Below, piece after piece: positions 10,532-23,188 of a DNA stretch of 64,000 bases. The notes beneath the pieces are model-generated. The model was given only the letters and a program-made list of their open reading frames with translations, ran no database searches and was not told the DNA's origin. Positions within the stretch are counted from its first letter, which is position 1. Each line of letters starts with the position of its first letter. The position numbers and the translations under genes are program-made. The DNA comes from Bdellovibrio sp. (lineage in GTDB: Bacteria > Bdellovibrionota > Bdellovibrionia > Bdellovibrionales > Bdellovibrionaceae): contig JAKFBS010000003.1 in NCBI GenBank assembly GCA_036677065.1, forward strand, positions 416,001-480,000, written 5' to 3'.

Positions 10532-11062
10532 ATGCTAAAAGCACAAAAAGAATTAGACATCAAAGCTCTTTCTGAAAAAATCGCTCAAGCTAAAGGCGCT
10601 TTCGTCGTAGACTTTAAAGGCATGAAAGTGGAGCAAGTTACGAATCTTCGTAAAAAGCTACACGCTGCTGAGTCTGAGATGAAAGTTGTTCGTAATACGT
10701 TAGCAAAACGTGCTTTCAAAGGTAATGCAGTTCAAGAACAAGCATTAGCAAGTCACTTAACTGGTACGAATGCGATCGTTTTCGCATTTAACGAAGTTGT
10801 TGGCGTAGCTAAAACGCTTGCTGAGTTCGGCAAAGACGTTGAAGCATTAAAAATCAAATCAGGCATGATGGATGGCGAAGCTCTTGATTCTAATAAAATC
10901 AAATTCTTAGCGACATTACCTGGTAAAGATCAATTACGTGCACAATTATTGTGTTTAATGAAAGAGCCTAGTGCAAGACTTGCACGCGTTCTTAATACTT
11001 ATGCACAACAAAACGGAGCGCCATCTGCAGCACCTGCAGATGAAGCTGCACCACAAGCTTAG
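10532..11062 (+). CDS. rplJ: 50S ribosomal protein L10
   Basis: LRKKL...[16 protein letters not shown]; position in rplKAJL. Confidence 0.96.
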   Translation: MLKAQKELDIKALSEKIAQAKGAFVVDFKGMKVEQVTNLRKKLHAAESEMKVVRNTLAKRAFKGNAVQEQALASHLTGTNAIVFAFNEVVGVAKTLAEFGKDVEALKIKSGMMDGEALDSNKIKFLATLPGKDQLRAQLLCLMKEPSARLARVLNTYAQQNGAPSAAPADEAAPQA

Positions 11063-11117
11063 TTAGTCGAAGGCTAACAAAGATTTAACTAAATTAATTA
11101 AAGAAAAGGATTATAAA

Positions 11118-11477
11118 ATGACAAATGAACAAATCGTAACAGCATTATCAGCAAAATCAGTAATTGAAATCGCTGAGTTAGTAAAAGAATTAGAAACAAA
11201 ATGGGGCGTATCTGCTGCTGCACCTGTAGCTGCTGCTGCTGCTGCCGGTCCTGCTGCTGAAGCACAAACTGCTTTTGACGTTATCTTAGTTGACGCTGGC
11301 GCCAACAAAATTAACGTAATTAAAGAAGTTCGTACAATCACTGGCTTAGGTTTAGCTGAAGCAAAAGCTTTAGTTGAAGCTGGCGGAAAAGCAGTTAAAG
11401 AAGGCGCGACTAAAGAAGACGCTGACAAAATGAAAAAGACTTTAGAAGCTGCAGGCGCGAAAGTTACTATCAAGTAA
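11118..11477 (+). CDS. rplL: 50S ribosomal protein L7/L12
   Basis: Ala hinge, [20 protein letters not shown]. Confidence 0.98.
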   Translation: MTNEQIVTALSAKSVIEIAELVKELETKWGVSAAAPVAAAAAAGPAAEAQTAFDVILVDAGANKINVIKEVRTITGLGLAEAKALVEAGGKAVKEGATKEDADKMKKTLEAAGAKVTIK

Positions 11478-11506
11478 TTTTTCTCCGAAGCATTCTTAGC
11501 TTTGCG

Positions 11507-11536
11507 AAAGGGAATACGAAAGTATTCCCTTTTTTT
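11507..11536. terminator. Terminator (possibly bidirectional) between rplL and the convergent ABC1 kinase gene
   Basis: AAAGGGAATAC-GAAA-GTATTCCCTTT plus T run. Confidence 0.8.
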
Positions 11537-12824
11537 ATTTGATTTCGCCGTTCTCGATCGCAGACCAGAAATCAGAAACTTCAATTTCGACTTCCAGTTT
11601 TCTTAAGATAGCGTAAACGCCACCAAGTTTTCTGTGTAAGAACAGCAATTGGTGGGGCGGGGCAGAGTACTTTAATTTTTGTAATAGGGTGCGAGCTAAC
11701 ATTCCATTTTCTTTTAAAAAAGTATCATCAGAAAATTGAAACTTTTTGCTTTGGCTAAAAGGTTTAATTCCGTGTTTAAGTAGTTGAACAAATAAATCCA
11801 AAGTTTCTTGAGATTCACGGACGTCAATTAATCCGAATTCTACAGAGCACTTGATGATGTCATCATCTGATCCGGTTTTGATTGTCTTTAATAATTCGGT
11901 ATACGCCTTGCGAAACTCATATGTGTAGGTTTTGCTTGCGCCAAAGTCTAAAGCGATAATTTCTAAATTTTGTTTGTCGCGAATAATAAAATTGCTTGGA
12001 TTGGGATCTGTTTGAACTAATCCCCATTTGAAAAATTCTGAGGTGTATAGTTCTAGTAAGCTTAGCGCAACTTTCTCTTTTTTGTCTTTGACTGGCTTAG
12101 TGTCAATCCAATCTTTTAGGGTTAAGCCGTCTTCGTAGCTTGAACATAAAATATTGTGAGTTGAGTAGTTTTCAAATACCTGTGGAGTTTTTATTTCTAG
12201 GTATTTCCAGGTGTGCTGCGAAAATAATTTTTGAAATGCGACTGTAGAATTTTTTTCTTGTACAAAGTCGACTTCAGTTTTTAATACACTTTCAATTTCT
12301 GCAAAGACGGGATCTAGATCCATTTGTCGCCCAGTCATTCTGCAAAAAGCCCACACGGCCTTTTTAAGGAGTGCGACATCGCTAGAAACGGATTCGGCTA
12401 CACCAGGATAAAGAATTTTAAACACAATTGGATTTTCGTTCAAAACAGCACGATAGACTTGTCCCATTGAGGCCGCGGCAAATGGTTTTAGCTGAATTTG
12501 CGAAAGCTGTTTAAATTTTTCTTCGCCAAAAGATGTAAGTAAAGTTTTTTTAATATCGATTTCGGGTGTATCCGTGATGCTGTTTTGCAGCTGTGATAAA
12601 ATTTTTAAGGCTTCAGGTGGGAAGTAGTCTTCAAGATCTAAACTTAAGAGTTGGCCAGCTTTCATAGCGGCGCCTTTAAGTTGTGATAAGCTTTCAGTAA
12701 GAATTTTAGCTTGTTCAATGCGAGACTGTAAATTTCCCGATCGAACTTCTTGAATACCTAATTTGGCCACCATCTTGGTTATTTCAAGGGCGCGCGAAAA
12801 TTTATTATTCAGTAGTGATTTCAT
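11535..12824 (-). CDS. ABC1/UbiB/COQ8-family atypical kinase
   Basis: KGAAMKAGQ (KxGQ), PFAAASMGQV, VQTDPNPSNF, LDFGA, FLHRKLGG. Confidence 0.9.
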   Translation of the reverse strand: MKSLLNNKFSRALEITKMVAKLGIQEVRSGNLQSRIEQAKILTESLSQLKGAAMKAGQLLSLDLEDYFPPEALKILSQLQNSITDTPEIDIKKTLLTSFGEEKFKQLSQIQLKPFAAASMGQVYRAVLNENPIVFKILYPGVAESVSSDVALLKKAVWAFCRMTGRQMDLDPVFAEIESVLKTEVDFVQEKNSTVAFQKLFSQHTWKYLEIKTPQVFENYSTHNILCSSYEDGLTLKDWIDTKPVKDKKEKVALSLLELYTSEFFKWGLVQTDPNPSNFIIRDKQNLEIIALDFGASKTYTYEFRKAYTELLKTIKTGSDDDIIKCSVEFGLIDVRESQETLDLFVQLLKHGIKPFSQSKKFQFSDDTFLKENGMLARTLLQKLKYSAPPHQLLFLHRKLGGVYAILRKLEVEIEVSDFWSAIENGEIK

Positions 12825-12850
12825 TTGGTCATAGCATAGCTAAGGACACC

Positions 12851-13159
12851 CTAATGCACATTTAATATATGAACTGACGCAATACGATCCAAACGAACTT
12901 CAGTTAAGTTCGACATTTTTACAAATTCTTCCTGGTCACGGGTGAAGATATCAATGATGCGGCCACGAATAGAGTGAAGAATGTTTTTAACGTTCCAGTA
13001 CTTCAGTTCAACTTGAAGCTTTTTAATCACGGCAAACTCAAGTTCATCGGTAAAGTCACAAGATACAGATTCATATTGTTTAGGTATATCCTGGGGATTT
13101 TGAAAAGCGCCCTTTAGGTATTCAGATTTAGTTGACGAAAACACGACTTTTTCAAACAT
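12851..13159 (-). CDS. Rof (YaeO)-like Rho-binding protein with N-terminal extension
   Basis: YESVSCDFTDELE...GRIIDIFTRDQEEFV...EVRLDRIASV resembles Rof (Y.PI.CD.YD.LE...RLD.I.S); ATG 13159 has AGGAG SD. Confidence 0.6.
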   Translation of the reverse strand: MFEKVVFSSTKSEYLKGAFQNPQDIPKQYESVSCDFTDELEFAVIKKLQVELKYWNVKNILHSIRGRIIDIFTRDQEEFVKMSNLTEVRLDRIASVHILNVH

Positions 13160-13273
13160 GATGACTCCTGTGTGGCAAATTGCCCGAAAGCACTCTTCTC
13201 TTTCGTAAATATGCAAAGAATGAACCCTTGCGACTCAACAAAGTTGGTATAGCTGGTGCAAGGTGCTTTTTGC

Positions 13274-14068
13274 ATGAAGAGCTTTTTGCTTGTGCACTTT
13301 TTTTTGATCATCACAACTTGTGCCCCTTTTAAAGATTCGCCTTTCTCGGATAAAGTATTTACCGATGCGCGTGATCTGAATGGTGTTGCAAAAACTGAAT
13401 TGCAGAATGTTGAGAGTGATGGCGAAATTAAAATCGCTCTTTTTGCGGATTCACACAGTAATCACCGTGACTTGGATGATGTGATCGATCAGATCAATAA
13501 AACTCCGGCCTTAGATTTTGTAGTCAATTTAGGAGATTTTACCGACAGTGCCTATAATCTTGAATATGATCGGTTTGTCGATTCTTTAAAGGATGTGCTT
13601 AAGCCTAACTTTACTGTGATCGGAAATCATGACGCCATTGGTGCAGGCCCAGCCCTATTTAGAAAGATATTCGGACTTAGTAATTACTGGTTTGAAACCT
13701 CGACAGCCCGTTTTATTTTCTTTCACACTGCAAACTTAGAAGATCCTGAAGGGTTTAAACCGCAATGGCTTTTAGATGCGGTCAATGAATCAGTTAAAAA
13801 CGTATTTATTTTTTCACATATTTCACTGGTCGATTCAGAAAGATTTGCGCCGGCGATGTTTGGTTCGTTATTTCAAAATCCGCTCGTAAAAATGTCTGTT
13901 TATGGCCACAAACATGTTTATGAACTGCAAAATAGTAGTGGCAGCGTGTTGTTGCAAGTTCCTCGCGTGCAGCGGCTGCAGTGGTTAGTCGTGCGAATAA
14001 CTGGAAGTAATTTAGAAATTACGCGAATGCCCGGCGGAGAAATTGTATCAACAACCTTAAAACCGTAA
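13274..14068 (+). CDS. Calcineurin-like metallophosphoesterase, probably a lipoprotein
   Basis: ADSH, LGDFTD, GNHD, FSH, GHKH motifs; hydrophobic N-terminus ending in Cys. Confidence 0.88.
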   Translation: MKSFLLVHFFLIITTCAPFKDSPFSDKVFTDARDLNGVAKTELQNVESDGEIKIALFADSHSNHRDLDDVIDQINKTPALDFVVNLGDFTDSAYNLEYDRFVDSLKDVLKPNFTVIGNHDAIGAGPALFRKIFGLSNYWFETSTARFIFFHTANLEDPEGFKPQWLLDAVNESVKNVFIFSHISLVDSERFAPAMFGSLFQNPLVKMSVYGHKHVYELQNSSGSVLLQVPRVQRLQWLVVRITGSNLEITRMPGGEIVSTTLKP

Positions 14069-14586
14069 TTTTTTTATTTTTATTTTTTTTCAGTCTGATA
14101 GCTCGCGCTGATTGGAGCCCATTGCTTGGTACTTCGGGATTTTTTGGCCAGTACTATTTTGGTGGAGTTTATAGAAATGACAAATCATTTGCGGCAGAAG
14201 TTTCAATTGGTAGTTATCTGGTTGGAGGTGAAGCGGGGTGGCAATTGAACTGTATGTTTCGTTATATGGCGGTACAGATGACATGGAACTCTTTACAGTG
14301 GAGAGCTTTAGGTTTTGGGGCGGGATTTACTTATGCTCTAAATGATTTAAAGGGTAATAATTACTTTAGTAGTTCTCCCAGTCATTTTCCTGAAGACTAT
14401 TACGAACAGACGGCGCTTCGCGGTATTTTAGAAGTTTCAACTGAAGTTTACTTTCCCGGGCAGCAAATTGAGGTTGGTTATTACCTTAGGCTTTTGGATA
14501 AGGGGCTTGGTGCCTATTACAATAGCAAAAGCCATAATTTACGCTACTATACATCATCAGGTTTAGCTTTGATTTTTCACTACTAA
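14047..14586 (+). CDS. Putative small outer-membrane beta-barrel protein; first canonical in-frame start is 14122 but a signal peptide is encoded from ATC 14047
   Basis: Amphipathic, aromatic-rich strands; C-terminal ...GLALIFHY; upstream in-frame NNLKTVIFLFLFFFSLIARA. Confidence 0.6.
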   Translation: MNNLKTVIFLFLFFFSLIARADWSPLLGTSGFFGQYYFGGVYRNDKSFAAEVSIGSYLVGGEAGWQLNCMFRYMAVQMTWNSLQWRALGFGAGFTYALNDLKGNNYFSSSPSHFPEDYYEQTALRGILEVSTEVYFPGQQIEVGYYLRLLDKGLGAYYNSKSHNLRYYTSSGLALIFHY

Positions 14587-14651
14587 AAACATCCCAATAA
14601 ATAAGCAATTTTTGAAATCTCTAGAGGGAGTGCAAATACTGAACCAATCAT

Positions 14652-14680
14652 TTGCCTTTCGACTATAGTTTGGGTACTTT
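14652..14680 (+). promoter_or_regulatory. Putative dedicated sigma70 promoter of rpoBC
   Basis: TTGCCT-17 bp-TACTTT about 140 nt upstream of rpoB. Confidence 0.55.
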
Positions 14681-14820
14681 CTATTCCTTACGTTCAAATT
14701 TGAATTAATGTGGGCCTTGTAAATTCCCCCCGAAGCGAATTTTCATTTTTAGTTTTTTTAAAATATTTTTTAAAAAAAATATGCAGAAACTAAATTTCAC
14801 AGCCTATTGGAGAAAAAATA

Positions 14821-17800
14821 ATGGATAAGACTCCCGTCACGGCATCTAATCTACGTATTAGAAAGTCATTCGCCAAAAACAAACAAGTTATCGAAATCCC
14901 GAACTTGATTGAACTACAAAAAAAATCTTACGAAGCATTTCTTTTAAAAGAAGTTGATGCTGACCGCAGAGGTAACGAAGGTTTAAATGGAGTTTTCAAG
15001 TCAGTATTTCCTATTTCTGATTTCAATAACACGTCTTCGTTAGAATTCGTTGGTTACACTCTTGAGCCGTCAAAATACGACGTCGATGAGTGCCGTCAGC
15101 GTGGTATGACTTTCGCAGCTCCTGTGAAAGTAACTTTACGTTTAATCGTGTTTGATGTTGATGAAGAAACTGAAGCACGTTCAATCCGCGACGTGAAAGA
15201 ACAAGAAGTTTACTTAGGTGAAATTCCTTTGATGACTGCAAACGGTTCTTTCATCATCAACGGTACTGAGCGCGTAGTTGTTTCTCAGTTACACAGATCT
15301 CCGGGCGTTTTCTTTGACCACGATGGTGGTAAAAACAATGCTTCTGGTAAATTAATCTACTCTGCACGTGTAATTCCTTACCGTGGTTCTTGGTTAGATT
15401 TCGAATTCGATCAAAAGGATGTTATCCATGTCCGTATCGATCGTCGTCGTAAATTTCCAGCGACTATTCTTCTTAAAGCTTTAGGAATGAATACTGAACA
15501 ATTATTAGAATTTTTCTATGACCTTGACGAAATTTTCGTTAAAGGAAAATCATTATTCCGTAAGTTAGACATTGAACGTATGTCTGGCCAACGTGCGATT
15601 GCTGATATCGTTGATCCAACTACTGGTGAATCACTAGTTAAAGCTGGTCGTCGTATCACTCGTGCGATTGTTAAAAAAGTAAAAGATTTAGGTCTAACTG
15701 AAGTTGAAGTTCAACCTCAGGATTTAGAAGGTAAAGTATTAGCTAAACCTCTAATCGACGAATCAACTGGTGAAATCATCGCTGATGCAAATACTGAGTT
15801 ATCAGTATCTTTAATCAAAAAAGCATTAGCTGCTGGTATCGAAAATTTCTACTTAATTTTCTTCGATGGTTTAACTGTAGGACCTTTCTTACGTAATACA
15901 CTATTAGTTGATAAAGTTGGAAACCAAGATGAAGCGTTAATCGAGATCTATAAACGTTTACGCCCAGGTGAGCCTGCGGTTATGGAAGCTGCGCAAGCTT
16001 ACTTCAACCGTTTATTCTTCGATCCAGAAGCATATGACTTATCTGAAGTTGGTCGTATCAAGATCAATCACAAATTCGGAATTTCAATGGACGAATGTCC
16101 TCCGTCTTTCCGCGTATTAACTCACAAAGATATTCTTTCTACTGTTAAAACACTTATCGATCTTAAAAATGGTCGCGGTGTTGTTGATGACATCGATCAC
16201 TTAGGTAATCGCCGTGTTCGTTCTGTAGGTGAGCTTTTAGAGAACCAATACCGTATCGGTTTAGTTCGTATGGAGCGCGCAATTAAAGAGCGTATGTCAT
16301 TACAAGATGTTGAAACAATGATGCCGCATGATTTAGTTAACGCTAAACCAGTGAACGCTGTTGTTAAAGAATTCTTCGGATCTTCGCAATTATCTCAGTT
16401 CATGGATCAAACAAATCCGTTATCTGAAATTACGCATAAACGTCGTTTATCTGCTTTAGGGCCCGGCGGTTTAACTCGCGACCGTGCAGGTTTCGAAGTA
16501 CGTGACGTTCATGCGACTCACTATGGTCGTATCTGTCCGATCGAGACACCAGAGGGACCAAACATCGGTCTTATCGCGTCTTTATCTACATACGCACGTA
16601 TCAACAACTACGGTTTCATTGAAACTCCGTACAAAAAAGTTGAAAACGGAAAAGTTTCTGAAGCTATCACTTATATGTCAGCTTTAGAAGAGTCTGGTCA
16701 CTTTAAAGCTCAAGCGCCTACAGATGCTAAATTCAACCGTGAATTAGCTCCAGGCAACCACACTGTTCGTCGTGACGGTGAGTACGAGCTAGTTGATCGC
16801 GAAAAAGTAACTTTACAAGACGTTTCTCCGTCTCAGTTAGTTTCTATCGCCGCTTCATTAATTCCATTCCTTGAGCATGATGATGCGAATCGCGCGCTAA
16901 TGGGATCGAACATGCAACGTCAAGCTGTGCCGTTATTAAAATCGCGCGCACCACTTGTTGGTACAGGCGTTGAGCGTTTAGTTGCTCGCGATTCTGGAAC
17001 TTCAATCGTAGCAAACAATGATGGTATCGTTGAAGAAGTAGATGCATCTCGTATCGTTGTTCGTCGTCTTGCAAAAGGCGGAGAACTTGGTGCCAATGTT
17101 GATATCTACAACTTAACTAAGTACCAACGTACAAATCAAAATACATGTTTCAATCAAAAACCAATCGTTAAAAAAGGTGATCGCGTTTCTAAAACAGACA
17201 TCATCGCCGATGGTCCATCTACAGAGTTAGGTGAGTTAGCTCTAGGTCAAAACATCCGCGTAGCGTTCACGCCGTGGATGGGTTACAACTTCGAGGATTC
17301 TATCTTAATCTCTGAAAGATTATTACAAGATGACACTTACACTTCAGTTCACATTGAAGAATTTGAGTGCGTAGCTCGTGATACAAAACTTGGAAAAGAA
17401 GAGATCACACGTGATATCGCCAATGTTGGTGAAGAAGCGTTAAAAGATCTGGATTCTTCAGGTATTATCCGTATCGGTGCCGAAGTTAAACCTGGTTTTA
17501 TCTTAGTGGGTAAAGTGACTCCTAAAGGTGAAACACAATTATCTCCGGAAGAAAAACTTTTAAGAGCTATCTTCGGCGAAAAAGCAGGCGATGTTCGTGA
17601 TACTTCATTACGTGCACCATCTGGCGTTTACGGAACAGTAATCGATGCGCAAGTTTACTCGCGTGAAGGTTCTGACCGTGATGAGCGTTTAGGTTTAATC
17701 ATCGAAGAAAAACGTAAAAAATTAGAAAAAGATTTAGCGATCGAACAAAACGTTATCAAAAATAACGCGATCGAAAAATTACGCGATATCGTAGTTGGTA

Positions 17801-18996
17801 AAAACACTACAGGTATCTTATTAAATGAAGATGGTACTCAAAAATTATTGAATAAAGGTCAAGACATCACAAATGCAGACCTTGAAACAATTCCGTTTGA
17901 ATTACTAAGCTACATTCCTTTAGAGCAAGAAGTTGAATACCAAGTTAACAAAATCATCGATGGTGCTCGTAACCAGCTTGATCAAGTTAAATTAGTATTT
18001 AATGAAAAAATCGATCGCCTTAAAAAAGGTGATGAGCTTCCTCCTGGCGTTATCAAAATGGTTAAAGTTTACGTAGCTATTAAGCGTAAATTACAAGTTG
18101 GTGATAAATTCGCCGGCCGCCATGGTAATAAAGGTGTGGTTTCAAAAGTATTAGCTCAAGAAGATATGCCTTACTTAGCTGATGGTTCTCCAGTTGATAT
18201 GGTTCTTAACCCGCTGGGCGTTCCTTCACGTATGAATATCGGTCAGATCTTAGAGGTGCATTTAGGTTGGGCAGCGCACAACTTAGGTAAACAAATCGAA
18301 GAGCACTTAGAAAAATTTGATGCGAATAAACTTCGCTCAACGATGACTGACATCTTTGATGATAAAGAAATCACAGCTAAAGTGGCTCAAGCTGATGACG
18401 AATCATTAAAGAAAATGGGTAACGCTCTTAAAAACGGTATCCACGTTGGTACTCCGGTATTCGACGGTGCGTCTGAGCAAGACGTGCGTAACTTATTACA
18501 GAAAGCTCAATTGCCTTCAACACAATCGGTATTATTCGATGGTCGTTCTGGTGAGCCTTTCACAAACCAAGTTACTGTGGGCATCATGTACATGTTAAAA
18601 CTTCACCATTTAGTTGAAGAAAAGATCCATGCTCGTTCTATTGGGCCTTATTCTCTAGTTTCGCAACAGCCACTTGGCGGTAAAGCGCAATTCGGGGGTC
18701 AGCGTCTAGGAGAAATGGAAGTTTGGGCTATCGAAGCTTACGGTGCAGCTTACTCTCTACAAGAATTCTTAACTGTTAAGTCTGATGACGTGGCAGGTAG
18801 AACTCGTATGTACGAAAGTATCGTGCGCGGTGAAAACATCCTTGAACCAGGTCTTCCTGAATCATTCAACGTATTGATTAAAGAATTACAATCTTTAGCT
18901 CTAAACATTGAATTAGTTGAGTCAGATATTCTGACTGACAAAATGGAAGATGAAATCGTTTCTGTAGAAGAAACTAAACCAATGGTTCAACACTAA
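14821..18996 (+). CDS. rpoB: DNA-directed RNA polymerase beta subunit
   Basis: [39 protein letters not shown]. Confidence 0.99.
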   Translation: MDKTPVTASNLRIRKSFAKNKQVIEIPNLIELQKKSYEAFLLKEVDADRRGNEGLNGVFKSVFPISDFNNTSSLEFVGYTLEPSKYDVDECRQRGMTFAAPVKVTLRLIVFDVDEETEARSIRDVKEQEVYLGEIPLMTANGSFIINGTERVVVSQLHRSPGVFFDHDGGKNNASGKLIYSARVIPYRGSWLDFEFDQKDVIHVRIDRRRKFPATILLKALGMNTEQLLEFFYDLDEIFVKGKSLFRKLDIERMSGQRAIADIVDPTTGESLVKAGRRITRAIVKKVKDLGLTEVEVQPQDLEGKVLAKPLIDESTGEIIADANTELSVSLIKKALAAGIENFYLIFFDGLTVGPFLRNTLLVDKVGNQDEALIEIYKRLRPGEPAVMEAAQAYFNRLFFDPEAYDLSEVGRIKINHKFGISMDECPPSFRVLTHKDILSTVKTLIDLKNGRGVVDDIDHLGNRRVRSVGELLENQYRIGLVRMERAIKERMSLQDVETMMPHDLVNAKPVNAVVKEFFGSSQLSQFMDQTNPLSEITHKRRLSALGPGGLTRDRAGFEVRDVHATHYGRICPIETPEGPNIGLIASLSTYARINNYGFIETPYKKVENGKVSEAITYMSALEESGHFKAQAPTDAKFNRELAPGNHTVRRDGEYELVDREKVTLQDVSPSQLVSIAASLIPFLEHDDANRALMGSNMQRQAVPLLKSRAPLVGTGVERLVARDSGTSIVANNDGIVEEVDASRIVVRRLAKGGELGANVDIYNLTKYQRTNQNTCFNQKPIVKKGDRVSKTDIIADGPSTELGELALGQNIRVAFTPWMGYNFEDSILISERLLQDDTYTSVHIEEFECVARDTKLGKEEITRDIANVGEEALKDLDSSGIIRIGAEVKPGFILVGKVTPKGETQLSPEEKLLRAIFGEKAGDVRDTSLRAPSGVYGTVIDAQVYSREGSDRDERLGLIIEEKRKKLEKDLAIEQNVIKNNAIEKLRDIVVGKNTTGILLNEDGTQKLLNKGQDITNADLETIPFELLSYIPLEQEVEYQVNKIIDGARNQLDQVKLVFNEKIDRLKKGDELPPGVIKMVKVYVAIKRKLQVGDKFAGRHGNKGVVSKVLAQEDMPYLADGSPVDMVLNPLGVPSRMNIGQILEVHLGWAAHNLGKQIEEHLEKFDANKLRSTMTDIFDDKEITAKVAQADDESLKKMGNALKNGIHVGTPVFDGASEQDVRNLLQKAQLPSTQSVLFDGRSGEPFTNQVTVGIMYMLKLHHLVEEKIHARSIGPYSLVSQQPLGGKAQFGGQRLGEMEVWAIEAYGAAYSLQEFLTVKSDDVAGRTRMYESIVRGENILEPGLPESFNVLIKELQSLALNIELVESDILTDKMEDEIVSVEETKPMVQH

Positions 18997-19014
18997 TAAG
19001 GAAGCGGGAAAAAC

Positions 19015-22000
19015 ATGAGAGATTTATTAAATTTTTTCGACAAACCAAAAGATCCACTTTCGTTTGATGCAGTTCGTATCTCTTTAGCTTCTCCAGAAAT
19101 GATCCGTGATTGGTCATTCGGCGAAGTTAAAAAGCCAGAAACTATCAATTACCGTACGTTCAAACCTGAACGTGACGGTTTATTCTGCGCAAAAATCTTT
19201 GGACCTATCAAAGATTACGAATGCTTATGCGGTAAATATAAACGTATGAAATATCGCGGAGTCATCTGCGAAAAATGCGGCGTTGAAGTTACGCAAACTA
19301 AAGTTCGTCGTGAACGTTTAGGCCATATCGAGTTAGCTACACCTGTGGCTCATATCTGGTTCTTACGTTCTTTACCTTCACGTATCGGTAACTTACTTAA
19401 TCTATCGTTAAAAGACGTAGAAAAAGTTCTTTACTGCGAGTCTTACATCGTTGTTGATCCAATGGAGACAACATTAGAAGAAGGCGCAGTTCTTAATGAA
19501 GATGCATACAATGCAGCTCTTAACGAATTCGGTCCTAACTTCAAAGCCGGCATGGGCGGTGAAGCAGTTCGTGAAATGTTACGCAAAATCGATCCAGAAT
19601 ATTTATCTCGTAAGTTACGTATGGAACTTAAAGAGACTAAATCAGAAGCTGGAACTAAAAAATTATCTAAACGTTTAAAAGTTGTTGAAGCTTTCAAAGG
19701 CTCTACTAATAAATGTGAATGGATGATGTTAGAAGCGCTTCCTGTGTTACCACCGGATTTACGTCCGTTAGTACCTCTTGATGGTGGCCGTTTCGCAACT
19801 TCAGATCTAAATGATTTATACCGTCGTGTAATCAATCGTAATAACCGTTTGAAACGTCTTCAAGAGCTTAACGCTCCAGACATTATCATCCGTAATGAAA
19901 AACGTATGTTACAAGAAGCGGTTGATGCGTTATTAGATAACGGTCGCCGTGGTAAAACATTTACTGGTCCAAACAAACGTCCTCTTAAATCATTAAGCGA
20001 TATGCTTAAAGGTAAACAAGGTCGTTTCCGTCAGAATTTATTAGGTAAACGTGTGGATTACTCTGGTCGTTCGGTTATTACCGTAGGCCCTACGTTAAAA
20101 TTACACCAATGCGGTCTACCTAAGAAAATGGCTTTAGAATTATTCAAGCCGTTTGTTTACAACAAACTTGAAGAAAAAGGCTTAGCTACAACAATCAAAC
20201 AAGCTAAACGCTTAGTTGATCAAGAGACAGTAGAAGTATGGGATATCTTAGCTGAAGTAGTTAAAGAACATCCAGTATTACTAAATCGTGCTCCAACGTT
20301 ACATAGACTTGGTATCCAAGCTTTCGAACCAGTTCTTCATGAAGGTAAAGCGATCCAATTACATCCATTAGTGTGTACTGCATTCAATGCCGATTTCGAT
20401 GGAGATCAGATGGCAGTTCACGTTCCACTTTCTGTGGAAGCGCAAGTTGAAGCTCGTGTATTAATGATGTCGACTAACAATATCTTATCGCCTGCCAATG
20501 GTAAGCCGATCATCAATCCATCTCAGGACGTTGTCTTGGGTCTTTATTGGATGACTCGTCTTCGTCCAGGTGCAAAAGGTGCTGGTAAACGTTTCGCTTC
20601 AGTTCAAGAGGCATTATATGCTTACGAAACTGGAATCATCGATATCCAAGCTACTTGTCATGTTAAAATTAAAGGTAAAGTAGAAGAAACAACTGTAGGA
20701 CGCGCGATTTTATCAGACGTAGTACCTAAAGAAGTTCCTTTCACAACGATCAATACAGCGATGTCAAAAAAATCTATCGCTTCATTAATCGATACAACTT
20801 TCCGTTTAGCTGGTGCTAAAGCGACTTGTATTTTAGCCGATCAAATCATGCAGTTAGGTTTCAAATACTCAACTGTAGCGGGTCTTTCGATCTCTGTAGA
20901 TGACATGATCATCCCAGAACAAAAAGCTCCGATGTTAGCTGATGCTGATAAACAAGTTCAAGAAATCCAACAACAGTACGACGAAGGTTTAATTACCGAC
21001 GGTGAGCGCTACAATAAAGTTGTGGATATCTGGGCTCAAACTTCAGATAAAGTTGCCAAAGAGATGATGAGCCAAATCGAGAAACAAAAATTCTTGGTTG
21101 ATGGTAAAGAAATCGTTGGACCTTCATTCAATCCAATTTACGTCATGGCCGATTCCGGAGCCCGTGGATCGTTCAATCAGTTACGTCAGTTAGGTGCGAT
21201 GCGTGGTCTTATGGCTAAGCCATCAGGCGAAATTATCGAAACACCGATCACGGCAAATTTCCGTGAAGGTTTAACGGTACTTCAATATTTCATTTCTACA
21301 CATGGTGCGCGTAAAGGTCTTGCCGATACAGCATTAAAAACAGCCAACTCTGGATACTTAACACGTCGTTTAGTTGACGTGGCTCAAGACGTTGTTGTTT
21401 CTGAAATCGATTGCGGAACTAAAGAAGGTTTAGAAATCACTCCGGTTTATGAATCAGGTGAAATCATCCTTGGTATCGCTGATCGTATTTTAGGTCGCGT
21501 AACAATCAATGATGTTATCGATCCAGCAACGAACACTGTATTGTTAAAAGCTAACAGCGAAATGGACGAAAACTTAGTTAAACGTATTGAAGATGCTGGA
21601 ATCGAAAGAATCCAAATTCGTTCGGCTTTAACTTGTGAAGCTCGCCGTGGTGTTTGTGTGAAATGTTATGGCCGTGATTTATCTCGTGGTGCGACTGTAA
21701 ACTTAGGTGAAACAGTTGGTATTATCGCAGCTCAATCAATCGGTGAGCCTGGTACTCAGTTAACAATGCGTACATTCCACTTAGGTGGTGCGGCATCTCG
21801 TTCAGTTGAGCAATCAGTTCATACAACTCGTTTCGATGGTATTTTAAAATTACAAAACGTTCAGTTAGTTACAAACAAAACTGGCAAATTAACAGTACTT
21901 AATCGTAATGGTAATGCGCTAGTTGTTGATGAAACTGGTCGTGAACGCGAAAACTTCAAATTAGTTTACGGTACAATCTTAAACTTCAAAGATGGCGCTA

Positions 22001-23118
22001 AAGTTTCTAAAGGAAACGCTATTGCTGAATGGGATCCGTATTCTAATCCGATTATCTCGGAAGTAACTGCGAAAATTCAGTTCCAAGATATTACTGAAGG
22101 TAAAACAATGACTGAGCAAGTGGATCCAGTAACTGGTTTCGCTACTAAAGTTATTATCGAAGGTAAAACTTCAGACAACAAGCCAACTGTATTCATGACT
22201 GATGCATCAGGAAAAGTAATGAACCTTCCAGGTCGTGACATTCCAGCTCGTTATATGATTCCAGTGGGCGCGCAATTATTAATTACTGATGGTGCAGATG
22301 TGCACGCCGGTGATGTGATCGCAAAACTACATCGCGAAACTTCTAAAACGAAAGATATCACGGGCGGTCTTCCGCGCGTTGCCGAATTATTCGAAGCACG
22401 TAAACCAAAAGACGCAGCAATCATTGCTGAAGTTGATGGTTTCGTAACTTTCGGTAAAGACGTAAAAGGTAAACAACGTGTTATCGTAACTCCAGAAATC
22501 GGCGAACAAACTGAATACCTTATTCCAAAAGGTAAACACGTTGCGGTTCGTGAGGGTGAGTTCGTTCGTGCCGGTGAAGCGTTAGTTGATGGACCTACGA
22601 ATCCGCATGATTTACTTGCGGTATTAGGTGCGAAAGCATTATCAGCTTACTTAGTTAATGAAGTTCAAGAAGTTTACCGTCTACAAGGTGTGGGTATCAA
22701 TGATAAGCACATCGAAGTGATCGTACGTCAGATGTTACGTAAAGTTGAAATCGCTGAAGTAGGAGACACTAAGTTCTTATCTGGCGAACAAGCTGAGCGT
22801 TCAACAATGCTTACTGAAAATGACCGTGTATCTAAAGAGGGTGGCCAAGTGGCTACATTTAGACCTCTATTATTAGGTATCACGAAAGTTTCATTAAGTA
22901 CTGAAAGCTGGATTTCAGCGGCGTCATTCCAAGAGACTACTAAGGTTCTTACTGAAGCAGCTATTAATTCAAAAACAGATCATTTACGTGGCTTAAAAGA
23001 AAATATCATCATGGGTCGCTTGATCCCTGCTGGTACGGGATTAACAGCTTACAAAAAATGGAAAGTTGTCGTTGCTGAAGACGAAGATATGGATGCAGCA
23101 CCACTACCATTCGGCTAG
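19015..23118 (+). CDS. rpoC: DNA-directed RNA polymerase beta' subunit
   Basis: [11 protein letters not shown] catalytic motif, Zn-finger Cys, QLTMRTFH. Confidence 0.99.
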   Translation: MRDLLNFFDKPKDPLSFDAVRISLASPEMIRDWSFGEVKKPETINYRTFKPERDGLFCAKIFGPIKDYECLCGKYKRMKYRGVICEKCGVEVTQTKVRRERLGHIELATPVAHIWFLRSLPSRIGNLLNLSLKDVEKVLYCESYIVVDPMETTLEEGAVLNEDAYNAALNEFGPNFKAGMGGEAVREMLRKIDPEYLSRKLRMELKETKSEAGTKKLSKRLKVVEAFKGSTNKCEWMMLEALPVLPPDLRPLVPLDGGRFATSDLNDLYRRVINRNNRLKRLQELNAPDIIIRNEKRMLQEAVDALLDNGRRGKTFTGPNKRPLKSLSDMLKGKQGRFRQNLLGKRVDYSGRSVITVGPTLKLHQCGLPKKMALELFKPFVYNKLEEKGLATTIKQAKRLVDQETVEVWDILAEVVKEHPVLLNRAPTLHRLGIQAFEPVLHEGKAIQLHPLVCTAFNADFDGDQMAVHVPLSVEAQVEARVLMMSTNNILSPANGKPIINPSQDVVLGLYWMTRLRPGAKGAGKRFASVQEALYAYETGIIDIQATCHVKIKGKVEETTVGRAILSDVVPKEVPFTTINTAMSKKSIASLIDTTFRLAGAKATCILADQIMQLGFKYSTVAGLSISVDDMIIPEQKAPMLADADKQVQEIQQQYDEGLITDGERYNKVVDIWAQTSDKVAKEMMSQIEKQKFLVDGKEIVGPSFNPIYVMADSGARGSFNQLRQLGAMRGLMAKPSGEIIETPITANFREGLTVLQYFISTHGARKGLADTALKTANSGYLTRRLVDVAQDVVVSEIDCGTKEGLEITPVYESGEIILGIADRILGRVTINDVIDPATNTVLLKANSEMDENLVKRIEDAGIERIQIRSALTCEARRGVCVKCYGRDLSRGATVNLGETVGIIAAQSIGEPGTQLTMRTFHLGGAASRSVEQSVHTTRFDGILKLQNVQLVTNKTGKLTVLNRNGNALVVDETGRERENFKLVYGTILNFKDGAKVSKGNAIAEWDPYSNPIISEVTAKIQFQDITEGKTMTEQVDPVTGFATKVIIEGKTSDNKPTVFMTDASGKVMNLPGRDIPARYMIPVGAQLLITDGADVHAGDVIAKLHRETSKTKDITGGLPRVAELFEARKPKDAAIIAEVDGFVTFGKDVKGKQRVIVTPEIGEQTEYLIPKGKHVAVREGEFVRAGEALVDGPTNPHDLLAVLGAKALSAYLVNEVQEVYRLQGVGINDKHIEVIVRQMLRKVEIAEVGDTKFLSGEQAERSTMLTENDRVSKEGGQVATFRPLLLGITKVSLSTESWISAASFQETTKVLTEAAINSKTDHLRGLKENIIMGRLIPAGTGLTAYKKWKVVVAEDEDMDAAPLPFG

Positions 23119-23160
23119 TTTGCCTCAAATATAGGGCCTCGGTAAAACGGGGTCTGAATG

Positions 23161-23188
23161 AAAAAGGACCTTTCGGGGTCCTTTTTTT
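23161..23188 (+). terminator. Intrinsic terminator after rpoC
   Basis: AAAAAGGACC-TTTCGG-GGTCCTTTTTT. Confidence 0.85.
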
